Shown here one piece after another: positions 56,407-64,000 of a stretch of DNA of 64,000 nt. Positions within the stretch are counted from its first letter, which is position 1. The number at the start of each line of letters is the position of its first letter. The notes below the pieces were generated by a model. That model was not told where the DNA came from and ran no database searches. It saw nothing but the letters and a program-made list of their open reading frames with translations. The stretch is from Candidatus Eiseniibacteriota bacterium. Its GTDB lineage: Bacteria; Eisenbacteria; RBG-16-71-46; JABDJR01. The stretch is from positions 714,523 to 778,522 of the forward strand of contig CAVSKL010000001.1 in assembly GCA_963728475.1 (NCBI GenBank), read 5' to 3'. The translations under genes were made by a program, and so were the position numbers.

Positions 56407-58716
56407 CTAGCCCACCGGGACCGGCGTTCGATCGGGCACCGTTACCGCGCGGCCGTCGCTCGCCTGCCGCCGTGCCGCTTCCGCCGCCGCGATGGCGGAC
56501 ATGTTCACCACGTCCGAGGGCCCGAAGCCGGGGTGCTGCACGATCAGGACCGGCTTGGCCATCCCGACCAGGATGGGGCCCAGGGCCTCGACATTGCCCA
56601 GGCGCTGGACCAGCTTGTACGCGATGTTCCCCGCCTCCAGGTTGGGGAAGATGAGCACGTTGGCCCCGCCCTGGAGCACCGAGAACGGGAAGTCGGAGGC
56701 CAGCACGTCGGGGCGCACCGCCACGTCGGCCTGGACCTCGCCGTCCACCGCGATCTCGGGATGCCGCTCCGCGAGCAGCCGGGCCGCCCGCGCCATCTTC
56801 TCGGTCAGCGGATGCTTCATGCTCCCGAAGTTCGAGAACGACAGCATGGCCACCTTGGGATCCATGTCGAACATCCGCGCCTCTTCCGCCACCAGGGCCG
56901 CGATCTCGGCCAGGTCCTCGGCGGAGGGATCGATGTTCACGGTGGTGTCCGCGAACACGTAGGCGCGGTCCCGGGTGAGCATCACGAACATCCCCGCGAT
57001 GTGCTTCACCCCCGGCCGGGTCCCGATGATCTGCAGCGACGGCCGGAGCGCCTCGGGATAGGTGAGGGTGACCCCGTTGACCAGCGCGTCCGCGTCGCCC
57101 CGCCGCACCATCATCGGCCCGAAGTACTGGGGCCTGAGCATGATCCGGCGGGAGTGGTAGGGGGTGGCCCCCTTGCGCTGGCGAAGGTCGTAGAACGCCT
57201 TGACGTAGGAGTCCAGTAGCGGCGACTCCGCGGGGTCGATCACGGTGATCCCGTCGAGCGGGATCTCCTCGGCGGCGGCCGTCTCCTGGATCACCCGGCG
57301 CCGGCCGAGCAGGATCGGCTCCGCGATCTCCTGGTCCACCACCATGCGGGCGGCCCGGATGAGGGTGGGGTGCTCGCCCTCCGGATAGACCAGGCGCTCC
57401 TTGGCCGAGCGCGCCTTGGAGATCATGACCCGCACCACCGCCTTGGCCCGGCCGAGCCGGCTCTCCAGCTTCTCCTTGTACTCCTCGATGTCCAGCGGCC
57501 GCCGCGCCACCCCGTCCTTCATCGCCTGTTCCGCCACCGCCGCCGCTTCCCAGATGAGCACGCGATGGTCGAATGGTTTGGGGATGATGTAGTCGGGTCC
57601 GAAGTGGATCCGCTCGCCGCTGTATGCGCGCGAGACCTCGTCGGGAACGTCCTCCCGGGTCAGCCGGGCCAGGGCGTGGCTCGCCGCCACCTTCATGTTC
57701 TCGGTGATGCGGCGGGCGCGCACGTCGAGCGCCCCGCGGAAGATGAACGGGAATCCGAGGACGTTGTTCACCTGGTTCGGATAGTCGGAGCGCCCGGTGG
57801 CCACCAGCGCGTCCTCGCGCGCGGCCTTGGCGTCCTCGTAGGTGATCTCGGGGTCGGGATTGGCGAGCGCGAAGATGATCGGCCGCGCCCCCATCGAGCG
57901 CACCATGTCCTGGGTGAGCGCCCCCTTCACCGAGCAACCCAGGAACACGTCGGCGCCCCGGATCGCCTCGGCCAGGGTGCGGGCGCCGGTCTCCGCCGCC
58001 CAGCGCTCCTTGTAGGGATTCATCCCCTCGGTGCGCCCCCGGTAGATCACCCCCTTGGTGTCGCAGAGGATGATGTTTTCCTTCCGCGCGCCCAAAGCCA
58101 CGTAGTGGGTGGCGCAGGCGATGCCGCTCGCCCCCGCCCCGTTCACCACGATCCGCGCGTCCTCCATCTTCCGCTTGGTGATGAAGCAGGCGTTGAGGAG
58201 CGCCGCCCCCGAGATGATGGCGGTGCCGTGCTGATCGTCGTGGAAGACGGGAATGTCCAGGCGCTCGCGCAGGGTCTCCTCGATGTAGAAGCACTCCGGC
58301 GCCTTGATGTCCTCGAGGTTGATTCCCCCGAAGGTGGGCTCGAGCAGGGTCACCGCCTCGATGATCTTGTCGGAGTCGAGGGTGTTGAGCTCGAGGTCGA
58401 AGGTGTCGATGTCGGCGAACCGCTTGAAGAGGACGCCCTTCCCCTCCATCACCGGTTTCCCGGCGAGGGCGCCGATGTTGCCCAGACCCAGGACCGCGGT
58501 GCCGTTCGAGACCACCGCCACCAGGTTCCCCTTGGCGGTGTATTCGTAGGCCAGCTCCGGGGACTTCTCGATCTCCAGACAGGGGATCGCCACCCCCGGG
58601 GTGTAGGCCAGGGAAAGCTCGTGGGCGGTGCTGCAAGGCTTGGTGGGGACGACCTCGATCTTCCCCTTGCGGCCGCGCTGGTGATACTCGAGGGCTTCTT
58701 GCTTGGAAATGCTCAT
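56407..58716 (-). CDS. maeB: NADP-dependent malic enzyme (malic enzyme + phosphotransacetylase-like domain)
   Basis: 769 aa from [13 protein letters not shown]. Malic-enzyme NAD-binding GAGASG motif and a PTA-like C-terminal domain. Confidence 0.8.
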   Translation of the reverse strand: MSISKQEALEYHQRGRKGKIEVVPTKPCSTAHELSLAYTPGVAIPCLEIEKSPELAYEYTAKGNLVAVVSNGTAVLGLGNIGALAGKPVMEGKGVLFKRFADIDTFDLELNTLDSDKIIEAVTLLEPTFGGINLEDIKAPECFYIEETLRERLDIPVFHDDQHGTAIISGAALLNACFITKRKMEDARIVVNGAGASGIACATHYVALGARKENIILCDTKGVIYRGRTEGMNPYKERWAAETGARTLAEAIRGADVFLGCSVKGALTQDMVRSMGARPIIFALANPDPEITYEDAKAAREDALVATGRSDYPNQVNNVLGFPFIFRGALDVRARRITENMKVAASHALARLTREDVPDEVSRAYSGERIHFGPDYIIPKPFDHRVLIWEAAAVAEQAMKDGVARRPLDIEEYKEKLESRLGRAKAVVRVMISKARSAKERLVYPEGEHPTLIRAARMVVDQEIAEPILLGRRRVIQETAAAEEIPLDGITVIDPAESPLLDSYVKAFYDLRQRKGATPYHSRRIMLRPQYFGPMMVRRGDADALVNGVTLTYPEALRPSLQIIGTRPGVKHIAGMFVMLTRDRAYVFADTTVNIDPSAEDLAEIAALVAEEARMFDMDPKVAMLSFSNFGSMKHPLTEKMARAARLLAERHPEIAVDGEVQADVAVRPDVLASDFPFSVLQGGANVLIFPNLEAGNIAYKLVQRLGNVEALGPILVGMAKPVLIVQHPGFGPSDVVNMSAIAAAEAARRQASDGRAVTVPDRTPVPVG

Positions 58717-58948
58717 ATCTGGGCCTCTTGGTCGGGATGCTGGAGGACCATCCGCGAGCATAGGCCCCCGCGGGGGGCCTGGACCGTTCGTTTTATGAAT
58801 TCGGAAGTTACACGAGACCGGGCCGCGGGCGGCGGGGGCGGCGCGCTCCGGGGCCTCGGCAACATTCGCGCCGCCATGGGGTTCACACCGCCCGCCCGCC
58901 CTTCTATCATGCACGCCGATCCTCTTCTCCGTGAAAGGAGGGAGCGCC

Positions 58949-59947
58949 ATGACCAACGGCGGCTTCCATCCCCAGTCCAACCTCCAGGTCCCCCGGCTGC
59001 CGGGGGGGGTCATCAAGGGACTCATTCTGGCGGCCCTGGGTCTGATTCTCGTCTTCTCCAGCTTCTACACCCTGGGGCCCGAGCAGGCGGGCATCGTGCT
59101 CCGCTTCGGTAAGTTCGTGCGCACCACCGAGCCCGGCCTCCATTTCAAGCTGCCGTTCGGGGTGGAGCAGGTGACCAAGGTCCCCATCCAGCGGCAGCTC
59201 AAGGAGGAGTTCGGGTTCCGGACCACGACCCCCGGCGTGCGCACCCAGTACTCCACCAGTTCCTTCGTGTCGGAGTCCGGCATGCTCACCGGAGACCTCA
59301 ACGCGGCCCAGGTGGAGTGGGTGGTCCAGTTCCGGATCACCGACCCCTACAAGTATCTCTTCCGCGTGCGCAACGTCCGCGAGACCTTCCGGGCCATGAG
59401 CGAGGCGGTCATGCGGAAGGTGGTGGGCGACCGCACCGTGAACGAGGTACTCACGGTGGGGCGCCAGGCCGTCGCCGACCAGGCCCAGACCCAGCTCCAG
59501 GATCTCTGCGATCAGTACGAGACCGGGATCAAGGTGGAGCAGGTGGTGCTCCAGGACGTGAACCCGCCCGACCCGGTGAAACCCTCGTTCAACGAGGTGA
59601 ACCAGGCCGAGCAGGAGAAGGACAAGCTCATCAACGAGGCCCAGTCCGACTACAACCGCATCATTCCCAAGGCCAAGGGGCAGGCGCTCCAGACCATCCA
59701 GGAGGCCGAGGGATACGCGGTGGACCGGGTGAACCGCGCCAGCGGCGACTCCGCCCGCTTCGTGGCCCTGTACCGGGCCTACGAAAAGGCTCCGGACGTC
59801 ACCCGCAAGCGCATCTACCTGGAGACCATGAACACCGTGCTTCCCAAGGTGGAGCACAAGGTGGTGGTGGACGACAACCTGCGCGGCATCCTTCCGCTCC
59901 TCAACCTGGACGCGGGCTCCGCCTCCGGAAAGAAGAGTGGCCAATGA
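58949..59947 (+). CDS. hflK: FtsH protease modulator HflK (SPFH/band-7)
   Basis: N-terminal TM and SPFH domain. Followed by hflC with a start/stop overlap. Confidence 0.75.
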   Translation: MTNGGFHPQSNLQVPRLPGGVIKGLILAALGLILVFSSFYTLGPEQAGIVLRFGKFVRTTEPGLHFKLPFGVEQVTKVPIQRQLKEEFGFRTTTPGVRTQYSTSSFVSESGMLTGDLNAAQVEWVVQFRITDPYKYLFRVRNVRETFRAMSEAVMRKVVGDRTVNEVLTVGRQAVADQAQTQLQDLCDQYETGIKVEQVVLQDVNPPDPVKPSFNEVNQAEQEKDKLINEAQSDYNRIIPKAKGQALQTIQEAEGYAVDRVNRASGDSARFVALYRAYEKAPDVTRKRIYLETMNTVLPKVEHKVVVDDNLRGILPLLNLDAGSASGKKSGQ

Positions 59948-60882
59948 TGCGCATCGGACTGGTCGTCCTCGCCGTCCTCGCGCTGATCGCGCTCCTCAAC
60001 ACGTTCTACGTGGTGAACGAGTACGAGCAGGTCATCATCACCCAGTTCGGGGAACCGATCGGCGGCCCCATCGAAACCCCCGGCCTCAAGTTCAAGGCTC
60101 CCTTCATCCAGCAGGTCCACCGGTTCGACAAGCGCTTCCTGGAGTGGGACGGCAACTCCAACCAGCTCCCCACCAAGGACAAGCGCTTCATCTACGTGGA
60201 TACCTACGCCCGCTGGCGGATCAGCGACCCGCTCCTCTTCTTCCAGCGGCTCCAGAACGAGCGCGGGGCCCAGACCCGGCTCGACGACATCCTGGACGGC
60301 GAAACCCGCAACTCCATCGCCAACCACGATCTGGTGGAGCTGATCCGGAGCACCAACCGCGTTCCCGAGCAGAGCGAGCTTCTGCCCGAGGACTCCAGCG
60401 GACTGGACTCCATCCGGTACGGGCGCGAGGAGATCCGCGCCGAGATCCTCCAGAACTCCCAGAGCCGCACCTCGGACCTGGGGATCCAGATCCTGGATCT
60501 CCAGTTCAAGCGCATCAACTACGTGGAGGAGGTGCGGAAGAAGGTCTACGAGCGGATGATCTCGGAGCGGCAGCGGATCGCGGAGCGGTTCCGCTCCGAG
60601 GGCGCCGGCGAGGCCGCTCGGATCCAGGGCGAGAAGGAGCGCGAGCTCAAACGCATCCAGTCCGAGGCTTACCGCACCGCGCAGGAGATCGTGGGCACCT
60701 CCGACGCCCGCGCCACCGACATCTACGCCCAGGCCTACAACCGGTCCGCGGATTCGCGATCGTTCTACGGGTTCCTGAAGACCATGGAAACCTACAAGAA
60801 CACTCTCGATCCGCAGACCACCCTCATCCTCTCGACCGGCGGCGACCTCTACCGCCTGTTGAAGGACACCCAGGCCCAGTAG
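59944..60882 (+). CDS. hflC: FtsH protease modulator HflC (SPFH/band-7)
   Basis: [29 protein letters not shown] typical HflC start. Confidence 0.75.
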   Translation: MMRIGLVVLAVLALIALLNTFYVVNEYEQVIITQFGEPIGGPIETPGLKFKAPFIQQVHRFDKRFLEWDGNSNQLPTKDKRFIYVDTYARWRISDPLLFFQRLQNERGAQTRLDDILDGETRNSIANHDLVELIRSTNRVPEQSELLPEDSSGLDSIRYGREEIRAEILQNSQSRTSDLGIQILDLQFKRINYVEEVRKKVYERMISERQRIAERFRSEGAGEAARIQGEKERELKRIQSEAYRTAQEIVGTSDARATDIYAQAYNRSADSRSFYGFLKTMETYKNTLDPQTTLILSTGGDLYRLLKDTQAQ

Positions 60883-61022
60883 CGACCCGGCGCCGGACCC
60901 GGCGGTGGAGGCGCTCCCGGCGAGCGGCGGGCAGCGTTCGTGTCGGCTTTCCCCCGGACGGCGGGGGCGGCTCTGGCGGCCGCCCCCGTCTCTTTGCCCT
61001 CCCGAAAACGCGTCGCCGCCGG

Positions 61023-63518
61023 CTAGGTCGGCCGCTCGACCGGCGGCCGCGCCCCCAGCCGCGCCCCGAACTCCTCCACCAGGTCCGCCAGGGTGGAACC
61101 CACCAGCCCGCCCACCAGCCGCGGGCCCAGGTCCGGCAGGTAGGCCCGCGCCACCGCCAGGGCGAGCCTTCCCAGCTCCGCGTTCCGCTCGTACACGAAG
61201 TAGATGCTCCGCCACTCCGGATTGAACTTGTCCTTGTAGTCGTAGAGCGACTTGAAGTGATAGAAGGCGTCACCGTGCTGGTAGACCAGGGCGAGCACGG
61301 TCTGGAGCAGCGATTCGTCGCGGGCCTGGGACCGGTCGGCCAGAGGCGCGGTGGCGAGGGAGGCCGCGCGATACCCCCGGTCCCGGAAGGCCAGGAGCGA
61401 GGAGGCGATCAGAAACTCCATGACCCCCGCCATGGCGTCCTCGCGGCGGCGCATGAGATCCAGCACCCAGCCTCGCTCCGCGTAGACCGGGAGCCAGTCC
61501 GCGAACGCCTGCACCCGCCCGCCGGCCTCCACGGCCAGGGCCACGGTCACGTTGGGATCGTCCACGTCCCCGATCCGGCCCAGCGTGAAGTCGAGCGGAG
61601 GCAGCTTGCGGGCCGCGAGCCACGTGTCCGAGATCCCGGTGAGCTGGTGCCGCTCCGCGGCGGGGATCGAGCCCCCCTCGACCATCCGGAAGACGATCCC
61701 CTCGCGCGCCGCCTTGTTGAGGGCGGTGCGGGCGTTCTGCCAGCTCTTGCCCCGGAACGCGAGCCCCTCGAGCGGCACCACCGCCTCCTCGCCCACCTTG
61801 AGCACCCGGTAGTCCAGGCGGCGGTAGGCCTCGATCGACTCCGGCGAGACGGCGTAGAACGCATGCCCCCACCCCCGGCTCCGGCAGAACCGGGCGAAGG
61901 CGACGGCGGTCCGGACGCGGGCGTTGGGGCGGCCGATGGGGTCGCCCAGGGCCAGGGCGACGTCGCCGGAGAGCCGGTAGCCCACGTAGCAGGTCCGGCG
62001 GTCGTTGAAGAAGAGATGGTTCCCGTCCCAGAGAGTCATGTAACTGGTGCCGCTCCGGCCGTACCCGGCGACCAGGGCCCGCGCCTCCTCCACCTCCGGC
62101 GGGGTGCGCCGCGGCGCCACCATCCGGCGGAGGAAGAGGCTCAGCGCGTAAAGGATCCCGCTCCAGCCCAGGATCGAGATCGAGGTCAGGAACCACGTCC
62201 CCCGCCGGGTGGCCGCGGACACCCCGGGGGCGTCGGTGAAGCCGAGCCGGAAGACGCTTTCGGCCAGGCCCCCCGGCACGTCGAGCCCGCCGGTCAGGTG
62301 ATACCGGAAGAGATGGAGGCCCAGCAGCGTGTAGAGCGGAAGCAGCACCGCGATGGTGGCCAGGGCCAGGTAGGCCTGCCGAAGCCCGGGGGGATCGGTG
62401 GGGGCGGGAAAGGATCTCCGCCACGCGACCAGCAGGACCACCAGGGCCAGACCCAGGAGCGCCTCGGGCCAATCGGGCCCCTTGAGGAGATGCAACACCA
62501 CCGACGCCCCCAGCGCCGCCAGCGCCAGCCCCCACGCCTGCCGCCTTCCCCGGCTGAGCCCGCGGGCCAGGATGAGGAGCGCGAACCCCAGGACCAGGGT
62601 CAGGTGGCGGCTTCCGTGGCGTACCGGGAGCGGGATCCCGTGGGCGAGCCACGAGAGGAGGGGATACCGGGGCGCCACCACCGACGAGAGCACCGTCACC
62701 AGCCCCATCACCCCCGCCATCCACCCCGCCACCAGCGGCCGGTCCCGCCGCCCCAGCCGGAGCCGGGGGATGGGCGGGGCCCACACCTCTCCCCGGCGGC
62801 GAAGGAAGTAGGCGCCCCAGGCGAAGCCGGCGAGGGAGGCCACCACGTGGTTCACGTCCCACACCCGGTGGTCGACCACCAGGAACAGGGCCAGAAACGT
62901 CCAGAGCGCCCAGAAGGTCAGGAGACGGACAGGTCGCGGGAGGAGCGGGATCACCGCCCCCAAGGCGCCGAATATCATGGCCGAGGCCCCGACGTCCGGG
63001 TGTGAGGTCATGGCCAGGGCCCAGCGCGCTCCCATGGCCGCGAACGGCCAGAGGAGCAGATAGGTGCCCAGGTACGCCGCCGCCATGGAGGACCAGGCCA
63101 CCACCGCCGCCCGGCGGGTGCCCAGCACGTACTCGCAGCCCCCCACTCCCAGGAGGAAGAACATGGTCACGGTGAGCACCATGTAGGGGCGGTAGACCTG
63201 GAACGGCGCCAGCAAGAGGAGGTAGAGCCGGCCGGAGGCGAGATCGCCCAGCCCGAACCCCCACTCCCGGGCCAGGTGCGGGGTGATGGGCCGGATCATG
63301 GTCCGGGTGGCCGCGGTCACCGCCAGGATCGCCGCCAGCATCACCAGGGTGAAGGGGACGCGCTTTCCCACCCCCCGGAAGTCGCCGAGGAGGGTGCGGC
63401 GGGCGAGCAGGAGATCGGGCAAGGGGCGGCTCCCTTTCCTTCCGCGGCGTGTCGAGAACCGGACCGAGGCGCCGCCGGGGTCCGATCCGAACCTGGCGGC
63501 CGGTTGAAAGGACTGCAT
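61023..63518 (-). CDS. mprF: MprF-like lysylphosphatidylglycerol synthase/flippase (DUF2156 C-domain)
   Basis: 831 aa with an N-terminal polytopic membrane domain. C-terminal LDYRVLKVGEEAVV...GISDTWL...DAFYHFKSLYDYKDKF matches the aminoacyl-PG synthase domain. Confidence 0.65.
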   Translation of the reverse strand: MQSFQPAARFGSDPGGASVRFSTRRGRKGSRPLPDLLLARRTLLGDFRGVGKRVPFTLVMLAAILAVTAATRTMIRPITPHLAREWGFGLGDLASGRLYLLLLAPFQVYRPYMVLTVTMFFLLGVGGCEYVLGTRRAAVVAWSSMAAAYLGTYLLLWPFAAMGARWALAMTSHPDVGASAMIFGALGAVIPLLPRPVRLLTFWALWTFLALFLVVDHRVWDVNHVVASLAGFAWGAYFLRRRGEVWAPPIPRLRLGRRDRPLVAGWMAGVMGLVTVLSSVVAPRYPLLSWLAHGIPLPVRHGSRHLTLVLGFALLILARGLSRGRRQAWGLALAALGASVVLHLLKGPDWPEALLGLALVVLLVAWRRSFPAPTDPPGLRQAYLALATIAVLLPLYTLLGLHLFRYHLTGGLDVPGGLAESVFRLGFTDAPGVSAATRRGTWFLTSISILGWSGILYALSLFLRRMVAPRRTPPEVEEARALVAGYGRSGTSYMTLWDGNHLFFNDRRTCYVGYRLSGDVALALGDPIGRPNARVRTAVAFARFCRSRGWGHAFYAVSPESIEAYRRLDYRVLKVGEEAVVPLEGLAFRGKSWQNARTALNKAAREGIVFRMVEGGSIPAAERHQLTGISDTWLAARKLPPLDFTLGRIGDVDDPNVTVALAVEAGGRVQAFADWLPVYAERGWVLDLMRRREDAMAGVMEFLIASSLLAFRDRGYRAASLATAPLADRSQARDESLLQTVLALVYQHGDAFYHFKSLYDYKDKFNPEWRSIYFVYERNAELGRLALAVARAYLPDLGPRLVGGLVGSTLADLVEEFGARLGARPPVERPT

Positions 63519-63553
63519 CCGGCCTCGTTCGAGACCGGACGGTGGACGGGCAG

Positions 63554-64000
63554 TTAGCGCAAGGCCTGCAGGATGTCCTGAACCACCGCGTCGTAGCCCC
63601 CCCCGATGCGGTGGCCTCCCTTCCTTTCCAGCACCCGGGCCTCGGAGGGAGCCAGGAGCGGGCAGAGGCTGCCCCCCTCGCGCTCCCCATAGACGCAGAG
63701 GACCGGGGCGCCCCGGATCGCCTGGACCTCGGGGAGCACCGGGCGCGCCCGGGGAGAGGACTCCCCCAGCCAGTCGGCCAGGTGGAAGGCGAAGTCCGCC
63801 TTCCGCCCCGGGCTCAGGAGCGCCACCAGCGCCACCCGCGACTTGAGTTCGGGGGGAAGCCGGTTGACCAAAAACGGCAACACGTCCGCCCCGAAGGAGT
63901 ACCCCACCAGCACCGCCCGGCTCTTGTGCCAGGCGTCCAGGTAGTGTCCCATCACCCGGGCCAGGTCCGCCGCCGCTCCCTCCGGAGTGCGCGGCGTCCA
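63554..64000 (-). CDS. AcvB/VirJ-like lysyl-PG hydrolase (alpha/beta hydrolase), C-terminal part; gene continues beyond window end
   Basis: VGYSFGADVLPF nucleophile elbow. Position next to mprF is typical. Confidence 0.45.
   Translation of the reverse strand, partial: WTPRTPEGAAADLARVMGHYLDAWHKSRAVLVGYSFGADVLPFLVNRLPPELKSRVALVALLSPGRKADFAFHLADWLGESSPRARPVLPEVQAIRGAPVLCVYGEREGGSLCPLLAPSEARVLERKGGHRIGGGYDAVVQDILQALR

Noticed and set aside
55247-58636. 1129-aa minus-strand ORF spanning the rhomboid and maeB genes
   Set aside because: Wrong frame. Gly/Arg/Pro-rich. maeB and rhomboid are in other frames with clear motifs.
59937-63690. 1022-aa + ORF and 806-aa - ORF overlapping hflC and mprF
   Set aside because: Alternative-frame artefacts of high GC.

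Overview
This is a high-GC (about 70%) bacterial chromosomal segment. No rRNA, tRNA or CRISPR array is visible. The first 27 kb is ordinary chromosome. It carries the hydantoinase/oxoprolinase pair hyuA and hyuB, a YrdC/Sua5 domain gene, two CPBP proteases, an NlpE-like lipoprotein, a TPR/FG-GAP secreted protein, an EamA transporter, a roughly 980-aa radical-SAM fusion, a PAS-GGDEF protein, a large secreted protein with a T9SS-type C-terminal sorting domain, a quinone oxidoreductase, an AEC transporter and an ICMT methyltransferase. From about 28.5 kb to about 47.8 kb lies what I read as a chromosomal integron with unusual architecture. The integron-integrase gene (intI) is on the same strand as the cassette array and lies upstream of it. 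It is inactivated by an in-frame TAG. A NusG-family paralogue gene sits directly upstream of it on the same strand. Downstream come an attI-like region and at least 14 + strand cassettes separated by attC-like imperfect inverted repeats. The cassettes include DUF4160/DUF2442, two SAM methyltransferases, a Kelch-repeat protein, SnoaL-like proteins, a mazEF-type toxin-antitoxin with its own promoter/operator, a Zn-ADH, DUF3237, several VOC/glyoxalase proteins, TspO, a cupin and an Arr-type rifampin ADP-ribosyltransferase. The array is interrupted by an IS21-family element (istA/istB) with multi-repeat termini. The last 16 kb returns to chromosome-like genes: a DUF2089/DUF4097 operon, a co-oriented set of small enzyme genes of lower GC, maeB, hflKC, and an MprF-like/AcvB-like pair. 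All calls rest on reading the sequence and on recalled family motifs. No database search was run.
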